Shown: in pieces, positions 11,901-27,149 of the stretch
Numbering within the stretch: position 1 is the first letter of the stretch
How the letters are laid out: each line of letters starts with the position of its first letter
Assembly: GCA_977016875.1 (NCBI GenBank)
Contig: CDRNST010000195.1
Coordinates: 3,224,001-3,288,000 of the forward strand
Length of the DNA stretch: 64,000 bases
Source: Pavona decussata
Lineage: Eukaryota
Direction: 5' to 3'
Notes under the pieces: generated by a model
The model's database searches: none
Told to the model about the DNA's origin: nothing
What the model saw: the letters and a program-made list of their open reading frames with translations, nothing else
Position numbers and translations under genes: made by a program

Positions 11901-14900
11901 TAGTGAGCTTTTTTCATCTCCTTTTGTTCTTCTCTCCACTGTCTCATTAATTCTGCTTTATTCTCATGCTTCGTTGAAAACCGCCTCGCGTAAACTCACC
12001 TTGCCTAGTAAACGTGATCCAAGGGACATTTACTTTGAAAAACATGTGTTTTTCTGCATGTGTCACAGCTATTTTCGGGGTTATTACATAGCAAAGGTTT
12101 CTAGAACCTTCTTAGGAGGTTACCAATGCCAGATGTTCTTGTTTCCATGAAGGAATCATTCGAAATCATGGCGAGGTTTTTATCTTTTTCGCTGCCCTTC
12201 ACGCGAGAAAAATCATACATGTAATATGAAACTCATGAAGAAGAGTTTCGCAAGGCTTTTGATTTCGAAAAACTCTTCTAGCAAGCTTCCTACTTTATAA
12301 ATTATCGTGGAAATGCTCTGGAACATTTGTTTTGAGATGAGAATCAAATGTGGCGGCAATCTGATTGTTGGTTCCATTCTGGGCATTTGGGAAGACTTTG
12401 TTTGATGTTTTGAATGGTGCATCAAATCATGGAGCGTTTCACAAGTGTTGGGATTTGGACTTTTTCTAACTGCGTTGGAGCAAATGGCCCTAGGTTGTTT
12501 ATATTTTCAGGAGCGAATCCTAAGAAAGTGAGAATGCCATCTGGGTTTGTATTTTTATTGATGACCTCATTGCGTTCGCAGAACACCATCCTAATCTTGG
12601 TTACGGTTTTGAATCAAGATATTATGCCTCCTTGCATAATTGAGACTTCCTTGGCCATTGTTCAGCACGAGTACAAGCAATCTTTGCCGTTGCCTTTCTT
12701 CCAGACCGTAACAGGAAAGAAAAAGCGAGTATGTTTATACAGAAATTGGGCAAGATCAAAATGATATTGTAATACTGATGATAATAATAATAATAACTCC
12801 ATTTCTTTGCAAATTCTGGCTTTTTAAAGTAATTACAATATTCAATAAAATAAGTAAAACTACATAACAATAAAATAATCAAAATCATATGCATATAACA
12901 ACAAGAAATTTACAATATTTTTGGTACAAAGCTTCTAACTTTCATTTTGGAAATGACGCATAAGTTCCTTTTTGAATGATGCAAGGTTTGTTAGATCAGA
13001 GAGCCTTTCAGGTAAGGAATTCCACAGTAAAACTGGCCGATAATGGAAGGTTCTTTGGTCTTTGTGCAGTGATGAGGCAATTTGGGATAAAACGTTTTCT
13101 CACCTATATTTCTTGCCTGGCATTTTCTATGTCGCCTCTTTGTCTCCAAACAGCTTGCTGGCAAACATTCACAAGTTGCAGCTTCCTTATGCTACAAAAG
13201 TAACTTATAATAAAAATGTTTTAGAATAACCTAGTTTCTATCACAAATAAACATAGTAAACCAAGAAGTAAACTGCCAAGTTGCGACACATGGCACTAAG
13301 TAATAATCTCACCGTATTCACACGTGTTTTCCGTGAAGTTCTCCACTTGCATAGCCTAGGAGCACAGGGTACATTAGCGGTTCGGCAGGGACAACCGGGA
13401 CTGGTGTCATTCTTTTGCTTGGTTTTGCAAGCGGACTTACACTTGCAGTAGTCCTGTTTGACTGGACATGTTGAGGTTCTTTTTCAGGGTCTTGTAATTC
13501 TTCCTGCTCTGCATTCTTTTCATCGTAAATGCGAATATCGGAGTCCATTCAAATTAAAGAGTTCCAAATGTTTCGACCTGAAAACTTAACTTACCACACT
13601 CCCATAATTCTTGATGCTCAGCAGTGGTTGCTCTTCCACCATAATTTCAACTTCTGATAGACTCTTCGAGTCCTACTTGAATCCCATTTCTGATAGCTCT
13701 GAATATGGACCAAAACATTAAGAAATGCGGGTTTTGCCTCTCGCTAGAAAAGAGTCTTTAATTGAATCTTAACGTAAATTGAATGCTTCTTTGAACAGTC
13801 AAAGGCTCCTGTGAGCCAACTCGTGAATGCAGGTGACACATAGTAATTGAAATTTAGACGGCTATGGAAACTTCCTTGAAAGCTAAAAGAAATTATATCT
13901 TTGCCCGATTATGTAACGAAAAATAACCATTCTTGTACTATAAAAATGATTGTCAAATTATTCTGTACAGATTGAATAAGCCGATTATTCTGATGCGCCG
14001 ATTAAAAAAAATCACGTGTTTTTTTATTCAAAGTTCATAGAAGCACGCCATGTGCAGCTACGTCATGCAAATTCGTGTCCCCGATAGTCCGGGGCTACCT
14101 GGATTTTGCGATCGGGCTAGTGGATTCTAACTATCACTTGCCCGATGGGCAAGTGAAGTTTTTTTGGGAATTAAAATTACAAAATTACTGTAGCCGATCT
14201 CACAAAGGAAAATCTGTTCAACAAAGTATCGCATTACATTTCATGCCGACATAAATGCGTGATATTTTTCCTTTGGAATTCAGTACACGCAATCCTCAAG
14301 TAAAAATAATGAACTATGACAAGCTCTTGCTAAATAAGAATTATTTATCGACCGCGTCCTTTTGCTTTCCCATAAATTACCAGTTGTAAATTTCGAAAAT
14401 GAAACATTTTTTCCCTTTGAAACCTCTATGAAAGCTGACAAGATCTTAAAGTGTTCATTTCACCAGAAATTTGCATAATTTTGTTTACGACGTCAATGAT
14501 GCATGACATGGCACATTCCGCTTTCGCGTGAAAACTGACAAATTAAATTATTTTTAATTAAATTATTTCTAAATTAAATTATTTTTAATTCTTAAAAGAT
14601 ACCGCACTTTGTAGAAAAAACGAAAAAATCCTATAACTTTGCTCAGATTCAACGAAAAATCTCCATTCTTACACTAAAATGATTGTCAAAATTCTCTACA
14701 GAATGAATGAGAGAATTCTGACGCGTCGTGAAAAAAATTTTCACGTTTTTTTTTTCTTCACTAATTGAGTTTACGACCCCAGACTTTCTGAAAAACTGAA
14801 AAAACTTGTAACTTTGCTCAGATTGAACGAAAAATCTCCATTCTTGCACTAAATGATCGTCAAATTATTCTCTACATATTGAATAAGAATTTCCTGATGC

Positions 14901-17900
14901 GCCGTGAACAACAAATGTTCGCGTGTTTTTTTCCACTAATTGAATTTAAAACTCGACCGACCAACTAACCAACCAAGTCGACAGTCAACTATCGCTATAA
15001 CTCGCGCTAGTTAAAAACGTCTTGACTAGTTTTAAGTGTTTATCATGCTGGCATTTCAAGCATTAGATGGTAACATGTTCCATAATTAAGGTGCGTCAAA
15101 CATGAATGTACGGTCATTCTTAGGAATGAAATGTGGGTAACACAATAACTTGCCTTGACAGTCCCGGTGCAGATTAGTTGGTTACCCTTATGGTATAATT
15201 GTTGTTTTCTAGGCTGTTGCAATAATAAGAAGAAAACCCAAAGGTGTGACTGCCAAAACATGTATTGATGAAATGTTGAGAAAGATTAAATTGAAGGATG
15301 CCAATTGGAGTAAAACGGTAGGAGGGGAATGTTTTCCTTGTTTTGACCTTTGCACAAAATAATACAGTGCGGTTTCCTAGAATTCTCTTTGCATTCTTTG
15401 CCATGTGTAGTTGGTTGGTGTTGCAACCTCCAATAGAAACTTTTAAAGTGTCTGAAAGTGCTGTGGATTGTTTTGAAGTGATGCAAAACGAGTATATTTT
15501 GGAAAAAGTAGTACGCCTTAATTATACCAAGTGTGAAAGGAGCTGTTTGTATTTAAAGGTTTGTGAGTGGGATAAAGTGCTGTTAGAAAGGCAGCAAGAT
15601 TTGATGTCAGTCATTCTTTCTAAGAAAGACATGGAGATAGGTAGGTTCATAAGTAGGTAATGTGCTGTACAGTTAGAACAGAAGTTACTTTAACAGTAGT
15701 AGAGGAGATTGGAATCCTGTCCAATGATGCAGTACTATCTCCTGACCTCACCATCCCCAAGGCTATCTATCAATACAAGTAGTAGTCGTAGAGCCTCACT
15801 TTTTCAACAAAATAAGTTTAACTTCCTGGAAATAAAGAAACAAAGCCAACAGTTGAATATAAGACCCTCCATGGCTAAACAGTGAATAAGGTGAATGCAC
15901 ATGCATGGCAGACTTGCATGTTACAACAAAAGAAGGGTCTCACACACTGGCTACATGTTAGTCAATTTTCTCATTAGTATGCAATTTACTGTTTCCTTCG
16001 CACACTGAAGACAATGCATTATGAGATTCTTGCATGCGATGTCGCTTGTCTCAACATGGTGACCCTGTCAGCATCAGTAAAACTAATTATTACGCTGCTG
16101 CTGCTGCAGCTGTGATTTTGTTGCTTCACCTTTTTCTTTCTGGAGGAGCTCAGAAAAGTTTAAAAGGGAAAGTCACCAACAAGTAGCAGAGTCGCAGATT
16201 GTCCTCAATTCTGTTTGGATAGCCTGCAGATTCAGTTTATACTAAAAGTTTTTAGTGTGGATGATTCATCTACTCCTCTTTCTATATCAAATACCGATTA
16301 AATGAATGTTTTTAGAGTGTTTTGTTTGACTGACCCAAAGCACCAATTTGGTGAGAGTTTGGTGTGACTGGGAAGTGGACAATTATAGTCGAATGCATGA
16401 TGAAGGCTGGTCATTCTCTCCAAAGATTATACACACTGAGGGATTGTTCTGTCCACCACATTTTTCAGCATGTATGGGAGCAAGTGTTTCATTAAGTCTA
16501 TGGTATTCATTCTTGTCTTATAATTTCATTTATACGGATGGCTTTATACATCTGAAACTCACAATTTTTGATATATTAAACCTATGTATATCGGTTTCAT
16601 ATAACTAAGCCACGTGAGGAACCTATCACCCTGAATAAAATATGAAAAAAAAAACTACAGCATAGCGACAAATTTGTTTTTGTTGCTTTGTTTAGATAAA
16701 ACTGTAACTGTAACTGTTAAACTGTCCATCACGTGACAAATACCAGATGCCACAACCTAGTAATCGGCTTAATTCATTTTTTGACTTTGTGTCAGCCCGA
16801 AATAGTTGGTTTCCGGCTTAATGTTTCCCATTGTCCATTGTCACTTCGTTAAAGACTCTTTCAGCTTTTCAATTGTGGGTCGACTTTCTGAAGGCTGAGC
16901 TAGAGCATTCCACATAATTGGAAAAGGAACAGTAGAGGATGCATTCACCATGCAAGTCTTTATTGTGCACACCTTGATATGCAATACCTGCAGTATCTTG
17001 CTATTTGAATAATAGTTTGTTTCTTGTCAAATATCACAATGCATCTCCATTAAACACCTTTGTATTGACAGATGTCAAGTCTTCATCAACACAGAGTACA
17101 GATGACTTGTCAGGGTCAACATTGTTTTACCATGAGCGACGCATGCATCTCCTAAAACTTGGTATGTTTTAGAAAGACTTAAGCTACTTAGATTGCATCT
17201 TTATATGAATGATGAGGTAAAATGGGATTTGCATCTAAAATAATGCTTTTTACAGTGAAGGCAAATTTACATCGCAATTTTGCTACAGTATGATTACAAT
17301 TGAGGTGAGGGGGCACAGTCATAACCTTATTGTGCCACATTAATCCTTTGAGGTCAGGGCAGGTTTTTCCTTGACTAATATTTGGGTAACTAATGTCTAA
17401 ATTATAGCAAGAAAGATTGGTTCTTTATCCTTACAACAAGAGATTTACTGAATTTATTTACATCATCAAGAAAGTACGTTTGAAAACGGTTCCATTCTAG
17501 TACAGCCCAGTCAAAATGTTTTTGAGTAGTAGGCAACGTGGCCGAAGTAGTAGGCAACAGAGGCGGAATGCCTGTGAGGCAAGGGCCGGAGGCCCTTGCT
17601 TACTAGAGGAGTCGGGGGGCATGCTTCCCCGGAAAATTATTCGCAGCCGAGCTCAGCCGATAATGGTGCTCACAGTGTTAAAGTAAGTTGACAGTTAAAG
17701 AAGAATGATTATGATTGAAGAGGAAGATTTGATTCAAGCACTTCAAATCCCTTAAGAAATACATTGTATAAATGGAAAGCTATAGGTTTCCAAGTCTACA
17801 TACCTGATAACTTTAAAAAGAAGTTAGAAATTTTCTGAGTAGCAGTGGAATCGCCGCCACGAGCTCGTTTAGACACCATCTTGTTTGTTACCTCAAAAGC

Positions 17901-18649
17901 AATGACCGCTGACCGTTCACTCGGCTCATTTTTCCACGTAATGTTCAAGGCGTTCCAAGGCCCCAATCCTTGCACGATGCTGTGCGGCGGTTCATAAATA
18001 TACGCAAAATTACCGCTTGATTCACCGGCAGAAACGTTGGTATCTATTTTTTTTATTACTATTTGAACTAGTAGAGACCTCGTATTTGTTATCAATGAAA
18101 TTTAGTGTGAAGTAATGGTAGATATTTCGTTGTAGATGGCAAAATCGCCGGCTGCCGGCACTTTTTGACGGGGCTGCTAGTAGTTCAAGTTCACATCAAA
18201 GCAATAATTGCCTTATGTCGTATGAACGACAGCTAGTAAATACTCCTGTTTCTACTCTTAACTGTGCAAGGTCACTGCAAATGTGCATCACAGTAGCTGC
18301 ATGCACTTCTGTAGTTAGTTTTTTTTAGATCTTTTTATGAATGTAACAACATTTTTTAATGTCCATCCATCTTCTTAAGGTGTAAGTCCTGTCATGAATG
18401 TTGTGATGCAGGTATAAGCAGCTTTAAAGACTTCACTTTCTGGTAATGGCAAGAATAATCAATGAAGTCTTTATCGAGTTCCTCCTCTCCCTTAAATGTG
18501 TTATTTGATAAATGAATGAATACACTGGGTCATCTACTGCTGCAATTGCTACAGTGCTTTCCTCCACTCCCAGGTCTGCTTTATTGGAAGAAATGTTGTG
18601 ATCAAAGATTGGAATCTCTGATTATCGTCTTGTTATGATTTCTTATGAG

Positions 18650-19560
18650 TTGTCAGCCCTGGGTGATGCAAATATGTTGAAACTTGCACTTGGGCCAGTG
18701 ACTCCGGGTGGCAAGTTGTATAATTTGCAAATTGGGACATCAGAGGGTGGTTTGTGTGCTGAGGATCCAATGCTCTGCCTTTGTTGATTGGAGGCTCGCT
18801 TGCCATTTCTTCAGAAATCTGGTGTGTAGATGTTGGGAATCACTTCCCCACCAAAACTGGCCGTGATGTTGAAGTTTTCTGTAATTGTTTGTCATAGAGG
18901 ATGACTGATTGCCACGTATGATCTTCGATTAGTTCCGAGATTTTAACTGCATAGGTTAGGTAGTCTTGGAGCACACCCATTTCCATCCTGTTGTGAACCA
19001 ACAGGTCAATTAAGATCTTCATGCTTGCTCCCATCCACTGGGAAAGTCGCTTGCAGTTGTGGTGCTTTCTTTTTATGTGCATGCATGTTCACAGCCAGTT
19101 GAACAGATCTCGTGCTCCTCAGTTCGCTAACACCAGCATAAACATCAACAAAATCAGGAATAAGAAAAGGTTTGTCCTCCTTAGCTTTACCTGATGTAGG
19201 TGGCTTTCCCAGGTATACGTGTGGGTTGAGATCTATTCCTGTGGCAATAAGTGGGTCATTTGCCAAGCTCTGTTGCTATTGAATGTCGTCAAGACCACCA
19301 CAGCTCATTAGGGCATCCAGTCTGCCACCATCTTCAAGCTTTTTTAAAACTTCCTCCATTCCCTGATCCTTTGCAAGGCTGGCGGTTGTAATTGGCTTGC
19401 TGCTATCAGCTTTGGACAGATGCTCTTTTGGTTTCAAACCAGAAATTGTCATGAATAGCAGTTTTGCTTGGCCTTTAGTGAGCCTGAGATCTTGGACATC
19501 AGGCTGATCTAGTAAAGAGATGGCCTCAAGCCGACAAGGTCCTGCTCTTTTAACATATCG
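18650..19560 (-). pseudogene. DIRS/Ngaro-like retroelement gag remnant
   Basis: PFLIPDFV, then QDYLTYAVKISELIEDHTWQSVILYDK, and a downstream C-x-x-(F/Y)N...C...H knuckle-like remnant near 18660-18740; multiple frameshifts. Confidence 0.6.
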
Positions 19561-22500
19561 GCTGTTTTCTTTGTTAACCCAGTACTCTTGCACCACTTTG
19601 TAAAGTTGAATTTGTTCGACATGGGTAACAAAAGTTAACAAAATTACAGCAGTAGACTATCGCGTGCTTGCTAAACTAATTAGAATTAAGGCTGTACAGA
19701 TGAACATGTGATAATCGTCCCGGCTTTCTACAATAGCAATGTGCGTCATTTCCTACCACAAGCAGGCCCCGGATTTTTAACTGCGATAAACATAACTGTT
19801 AATCTTGCACGTTATTGCTGCAGTAGCTTCTCAAGGTGCACTCCTTTCTAATCAGTAAACCGCTTTTTTTGAGCCAGTTAATTGCCATCATTTGTTGTCT
19901 TGACTACTTGTACGTTTTCTCAGTACCTTTGCAGAGTGAGGGTTGTGAAACTCCTGTTTTGTTATTGAAAGAGGATTCCACCATTTGGAAGGATACACTG
20001 TTAGGTGCATTAGAATGTAGGTTCAACCGAATACTGTTTGTTTTCCATCTTTGTTTGCGTTGTTGTATAGAAACATTTAGTGTCTAGGAAGATACAAACT
20101 GAATGTTTAACTGTTGAGAAGCATTAAATTCTAACTAGAGAACAAATTTTCATGTTGGAGGGTTCAAGTGTTCCTATCTTTCACTAAACGATAAAGTCAA
20201 TGCGGAGTGCAATTTTGATATGTGACAAGTTGAACGAAAATGTTCTGTTCATAGTTGGGAAAATGGACCGTGGATTAGCTATGAAACATCCTTGAAATGT
20301 TGCCTGTGTCATTTGTGACTCCAGTGTTAAGCAACCATTGACCCTGAACCAATTAAGCACTACAGATGTCAAGGTCCAAGAAAAGTGATACGATGCGAGT
20401 AAATTGATGAAGCCCTCAAAGCAACCATGTAAGAGGCTTTTTTCATGTTAACTGCAAGAATATCTGTAAAAATATATTGCTTTCCTCTTGCATAACACCA
20501 GTTCTCTATGCCATACCATTGATGGCATATGAGTGATTTCTATCACGTTTGTGACTCTTCATGGCTTTCATGCTTGTCACAACCTAAAATCTTGACTGCA
20601 AGAACGGCAGTTGTGAACACAACAGTTACCCCTATTAACCTTTTTTGTATCAAGGTGTTTACCTTTTTACATTTCATTCCTCAGTTTTAACAATGATCAC
20701 TCAGCATAGTAAGACGGGATTGCCTGTCCCAAAACAGATATACCAGGCATGCATTCGTAAACTTGAAGGTAAACTGCAATTATCAGTGTTTCATGTTAAT
20801 GGAATTGCACTTTTAATAGTCTCTTCTGCATTATTTGAATTATGTTGAGGATGAGACAAAATTAGTGTTGCTATAAATGTTCTCATCTTTTTTTTGGGCT
20901 GAAAGTTGTAGCTGAGTTTAGCTAGTAAGATAGCAGAATTTCCGTGGTTAATCTGTGATACTATTTATGAGAAATTGATCTGTTGTTAAACAACTTTGGG
21001 TTGGAGTGGTAACTATTTTGTAAGAAAAAGTTTAGTAAAGTGGTTTAATTCCCTCTGTTGAAGGCAGTAACTGATAATTATTTTACAATCTTTTCCCTTC
21101 ATTCTCTGTGACCAGTGTGCATCTTATATCTGATGGTGTACCCATTTCTGTTGTTTGGCTTTTAAGTTATTGATAGAGGTTGATTGTTGAAAGGAATTTT
21201 AAATAAACATACGTTTTGCTTTACTGTACTCTGTGACCAATTGAAGGGTTGCTTTTTGTTGTTTTAACCCAGACACATTCACCAGAGGTTTTCAAATGTG
21301 GCTTTCAATTCCTTCAAGAAACCTTGCCCCAAATGTTTAATCCGCTGCTGTGTGCTTCATTTTGTGTTGAAAACGGAAGTCTCCCCCCAAAATGATGGGT
21401 TTTATTGCAAACGGATTGTTAAGCAACAATTGGAACACTAGCACGTTTCCTGAAGACCACATGCAAAACATCTGGTTAATCTGAGCAAAAAGGAACAAAA
21501 AGCGATCCAAAAAAGCCCTTCAATTGTAACATGATTAAACATGTTTTCCCGCTTTTGATTCCAATTAAATAAATTTGCTTTGAAATTGATTATTTTGTTG
21601 GTGACTTTGGTTGTGGCGATACAGCTTTTTATAATCATGGTTAAGCTAATTGTTGTTCATCCTACCTTCTCATAATACTAGCCTTGCCATTGACGATGGA
21701 TGACTTCTCAGAAATCAAACCAAAGGTGGAGCAGTTGCTTGACAGTCTTATAAAATTACAGCTTCATTGGAGAAGCTCGTTTCCGGTACAACATTTAATG
21801 TGTTGGTGTTAATAATGAGACATTTAACTGAAAACAAATCCAGTGTTTGCAGGTGAACCAGGCTTCTAACCTTGTACACGGTAGAAGGGATTTTTGCTGA
21901 GATGCATTGTTACCATATGTTATGATTGAAGATATAGAGGTGTCGGACAAAGCTGATTAACATTTGCTTTTCTTCTCTTTTTAATAGAGTTTAGATTCTG
22001 ACGAAATTACAGACATCCTTGTTTCAGTTGGTTCCTCCTCAATCTTTGGGGGTGTTTGTATATTGCGACTTTCATGGCTAATTTATGAGTTTGCTGCGTC
22101 TCTGAAACCTATTGCTAAGGGTAGGTTTTGTTTCTTGATCATTGGAGTTAGCCTACCCTTAATGGTACACCAAATGTATAACCTTTTTACATTTATGTCA
22201 AAATTATTTGAGACTTATTAAAACAGTTATCAGATATTGTATAAAACAATGAGTGGAAAAGATAAAGGAACTCTATGATCTGACTATTAGCATTTGACAT
22301 GTAAATAAAAAATCATGCATTTTCAAGGCTGTACGTATGGCCAAACTTATACTTGCATGCTAACTACACAAATTGCTTACTAGACAAGGGAGTTGTTTCT
22401 AATCTAAGGAAAGAACTAGGGAGATGTTTAAGGTCAACAGAAAAAAGTCCGCAGAAAATGGTAAAAAAAAGTCGGCAAAGTTTATTTTTAATGTGACCTA

Positions 22501-22918
22501 ATAACCTACAGATAAAAAAAGATTAATTACTAGATATGCAAGTGTCAGTGTAGCAAGTGCTGTCAGTGTAGCAAGTGTTGGTAAAGTACTCTTTCCCTAT
22601 GGGGGTGTTCGCATGATACTAGTGTGACTTTCATTCCACTATAACTTCCTCCTAGTTCCCTCTTTTGACGATGTCTTTGTATTGTTGTTGTGGGTTTCCA
22701 GCTTCTAGCAAATGTGACTCTGCTTTTTAGCTAAAGTTTCTTTCAATGTATACTGACATTGCAGGAGAAGAGGATCTTAGTAGTAAAGTGGAGGAGTATA
22801 ACAATGTCTGCAGTATTCTTCTTTCACTCGAACAGATGCTGATGGAGACTTATCCAAAGAAGATCTGCTCTGAAACAGGTCCTTACTAATAAAAAGTAGT
22901 GATATAATCTTTTTTGAT

Positions 22919-24069
22919 AGGCCATTTGCACTGTGAAGTCACATGTCATTTCCCACCATGCTGTAGGGCAAACAAATCCTGAAAATATAACTAGTTGGCC
23001 CAAGTAATAACGTTTCCACTAACAGTGAACTCATGGACATTGAACCTGTGAGCTAAATCCTGCTGGAGAGGACCCCATCTTCATGTTAATCATAGTTCTG
23101 CCCCTAGGACGTGGTTTTGAAGACACACCACTTGTCACCACATAATAATATAATGCTGTAATGGAAAATCTCTCGATCGTTTGCCTTGCCTTTTTGCGAT
23201 ACCAAGCAAATTGGATCCGTATTACTGTTGTTTAAAGCTTCTTTTGTTCCAAACTATCCCATCCAGGTCCGCTAGTCATCTTCAAAAAAGTACTCCTCAC
23301 AAACCCTTCTACTCTGTTATATAGGAAATTGAGAAGTAGACACTAAAAGCCACACACATGCCTCAAAATATAGCTTGGTAACAACAGAATTGACAGGTTA
23401 TATAGAGACTACTTAGGCTAACCTTAAAATATTCTCTTTCATCCCTGTGAAGTTTTCTCAATCCACTGCTTTCTTAACTCAAGGCTGCTTCTGAGGCTTG
23501 GGAACCAGTGAAACGTTAATTGAGTGGTATCGACTATCATTGTTGCACATTGGTCTGACACAGTGATACTTGCAGCTGCCTGTCTGGGCTCAAACACACA
23601 CACACACAAAAAGAGTTAAACCGTGGTAATTCATCGTTCCTTTACACTTGATCGCTGCAATTCTATGATTTCTAAATTGTCCAAATAAAATCTGACACAT
23701 AAGAAGAAGAAATGTTTTCAGTTGTTTGAAAACAAAATCAGAAAAAGGTCAATAAAATCGGTAAACAAACAGACTACAGTGACGAACCATGCTCAGGCTG
23801 TTGAAAACAACGCATGATCAAAACGATTTTCAAAAGCATTTAATATATGAACAATTTCCAAGAGAATCCGAAAAACTTGTACACATCTTGAGTGTCCGCA
23901 AGTATCTTATTGTTCAGAACAAAGCCAAAAATGGCGAAGAAATTTGAGCTTTTTACCCTTGATTTTTCAACCAGGGTGGCCATTTTTTCGGTAGTAACCT
24001 CTAGCAACGAAGTTGTTTGCCCTCCAACATAGCGGCAAATATCACGTGACTTCACAGTGCAAATGGCCT
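22919..24069 (-). mobile_element. Internally deleted DNA transposon with ~27-bp TIRs and AT flanks (ISL2EU-like), with THAP remnants
   Basis: Left AT|AGGCCATTTGCACTGTGAAGTCACATG and right CACGTGACTTCACAGTGCAAATGGCCT|AT. Minus-strand THAP-like pieces: HCVRPMCNNDSRY...FHWFP (~23500-23570) and RVCEEYF (~23290). Confidence 0.75.
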
Positions 24070-25969
24070 ATTTCAATTAATTTTATTGAAAAACAGTTGA
24101 TGATTTTTACAATACGATGAAAGGAATAACAGTATAACATTGCATTAAATAAAGAAGAGCTTAAATTTTCGGAACAACTCCTGAAGAAAAAGAAAAAAAG
24201 GAAGACGCGCTAGTTACCAGCACAACGGTTTTTTTTTACCACACATTGCCAGCACAACTTTGATGAAGTACAGGGTCTCAAATGGTATTATCGGATGAAC
24301 CTTTAAAAGACCATTCAAGGTATTGAACTCACAAGAACACCCAGAATAACTGGTTCAATGCAAGGCACTGTGATTCAGCCATTTTTGTCGTGGTTATGTT
24401 AGTAAAATATCATCTTTATCTGGGTTACAGAGTGGCAAATTTGACTTGAAGATGAAAATAATTGACATCACTGCTGCAAAAAAAAAAAACCCACCAGGGA
24501 TCTGTGCACGTGTGAATGCTCGACAGATTTCATAGCAAATACAGTGCTATCTAATTTGAACGGATGAGAGGGGAACTGACTGTGAACAAATAAGTCACCT
24601 CCTAGTTCCAAGAGACCAACGATTCGCTCTCTGAACAAAGAAGGGCAATTTACAGTTCTTTTTGTGCCTTCATCCGTAAATGTACACATTAACTGTTACA
24701 AATGTCGCCAGCATTAAACTGAAAATCTTTTTATTTTGGGTGAAATGTAATAACAATAATGCACCATCACTCACTGTGGGGGGTAGCGCTTTGGTGTGTT
24801 ATTACTGAGAAAAAATGTTAATGTGCAAGCACAATAGGAAGCATAATCTTCTGATGATCAGTTGGGGTTTCTTAACAATGTCTATCTTTTTTCCTCTAGT
24901 TCACTCTATACATTGCCAACTGAATAATGCCCTTCTTCAGATATCCCAAGCCTTTCCAGTATTTGCTTACTTCTTATGGAGACTGCAAGTTCTTTTGCTA
25001 CAACTGTCTTCCTCGTCTGAACCACAAAAACTTTGTATGGACATGTGTGCAAACCAACGTTTTACAAGGAAGGGGACTTGTACTTCCTATTAGTTTACTT
25101 TTTAAATACTGCGGAAGAATAGAACATCCACAGTAATTGGTTATTGTGTGATTTGTAACTTTATATGCGTCTGTTTTGATTCACTTTAGTTATAATGTGT
25201 CATGTAGATGCATTGAACAATAAAGCACCACGTTATTATTTCGGTAAAGTATCTTTAAACCAATTTCTTTTCTTTTCCATTCATTGATGTTCAGGATATC
25301 TGCCTTTGTTATCTATCGATATTTTGAAATGTGTGTTGGCTGAAAGTGAGGACAACATCGTTATTAAGTATTTCATACTTATCGATTGAAATTTAATACT
25401 TTAACAATTCATATGACTATGTCTAAATTGCCCTCACTATCCCAGGCTGAAAAGGATGGCAGGATAGTGTTCATGTTTGGGCCAAATTGCACGATTCTTG
25501 GTAAGAGTATTGTTTAGCACTAAATTCATGTTCTACACGCTAAACTTTTTCTTAACCCTCAAATGGCTCTGAGGGCTGGAACATTTTTGTTGTGAGGGCA
25601 CTTCGTACCCATTGGACAAGTGAGGTTTTAAAGAAGGCAATGTTTAAAAATTAATTAAGAAATTCACATTCCTGTTTAAAAAATGGCGAAGACATTGTTA
25701 GAAAGCTAAGAGATGGAGCTTTTACGTCACAGTATGTAACTTTCCAATACCTTAAAATTGACTGTAACCTTATGTTTCAAACTTCCAAGGAAACGACTCC
25801 ATGAGATAGAAAATTAAATTTATAAAAAATTAACAATTCATTTTTCTCAAAATATTTTTTTACCATAACAAAGACACAAGAGTATTGCATGGTATAGCGA
25901 GATAACCCTACTAAACCCCACATTCTTCCAGAGTAATAAGAAAATGAGAAATAAGAAAATGTGTCAACT

Positions 25970-26735
25970 CCTGACCACTTTGTGGGTATGCTGGTGCTCA
26001 AGAGCGATTGTGCCACAGCCCCTCCAGTGCTCACAAACTTCTTGGTTCTCTCCATTGGATCAACGGCTGGCAGAGAGTCGAGTGTGAGAGGTGCTGCCTT
26101 GTGTTGTTCTCTTCAGTGCTTCCTCTGCACGTTCCGCGCCTTAGGTTTCTTCGGCAAGATTTACCTCAGTGGCACACTTTCATCGCTTATCTTCGTTCGG
26201 ATCATGTGCTCACTGAGGCGCTTGTTTGAGTCGATGTCTGCTTTGAAGACGGTTCGCAATGTCACCTTCTCAGAGTCCGACAAGGTGATTTTGCCAGTTT
26301 CTCCTGTGCCCCTGGTGATATTGGTCAGGACGCCACTTCCCTGGTCATCTCCCTGGTCATGGCTCTCCTCCTCTCTACGTCTCTTGCTGAAGTAATCTGT
26401 GACCAAAGAGTCGTCACAGCAAAAAGACCACCCGCGCTGCCAGGGGTGACTTGTGCGATTACTACCATGCCTTCTGCTCTTGTCTTGGTACATGTCGTAC
26501 GTTTTAGTGGCGATTAATTTTGGGATGCTCGTGTGGGCAATTCTCTCATTCTGCAGAATGCCACTCTTGGCCCAAAATTCTTTCAGATGTCGGCCAATCA
26601 TTCCTTCCATGAAGCACATTCCATCGTCTTTGACAAACAACATATTTTCACCCTCCACGGCAATAAATGTTCGTATCTTGTTGGCATAAATGTCCATCTT
26701 TTTCTGGAGTTCACTGTCCATGCCTAAGATCTCTT
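25970..26735 (-). pseudogene. Family-A tyrosine recombinase fragment (copy A4), internally deleted
   Basis: MDSELQKKMDIYANKIR...LFVKDDG...FWAKSG...IAHTSIPKLIATKTY aligns closely with 47152-47979; the H...Y segment is missing. Confidence 0.85.
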
Positions 26736-27149
26736 GTGCTTAGGGATAACCATGACCTTTGTGACCTTTGTGCAGCTTCATCGATTAACGCTAGGGCGCC
26801 TTCAGCAATGTCAACTCTGCTGGCTAAGGCTGGGGTTAACTGATGGTTATGAAATTTTTTGGCCAAGACAGAGATATAATCTGGACAACGTTTTGCTGTT
26901 TGTTCTAGAGTACCTAGTTATACACTACGTGTAGTGGCAAACAACAGGCCTTGAGGGCACGCAGACTAACAACTGGCATTATACTGAATCGTATCAATTC
27001 GCTTCCAAGACCGACTTCGCTGGCCTCTATCTCTCCTCTATCTCTCCCGATAGTACTTGTCGCAATTCCGCTTCGATAATAATAGAAATGACAGGCCTGC
27101 ACAGCTCACTGCATTATGTGGTGTACATTTTTATGAACGCTGCCTTTAT

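Noticed and set aside
13915-14940. Three related ~120-170 bp AT-rich units
   Set aside because: Looks like the internal tandem structure of a common non-autonomous repeat; no link to the YR system is visible.
18650-19560. DIRS-like gag as the source of the clustered YRs
   Set aside because: It lies more than 6 kb from the nearest YR with no RT/RNase H in between, and the architectures of families A and B (fingers/Myb tail; introns) are unlike DIRS YRs.
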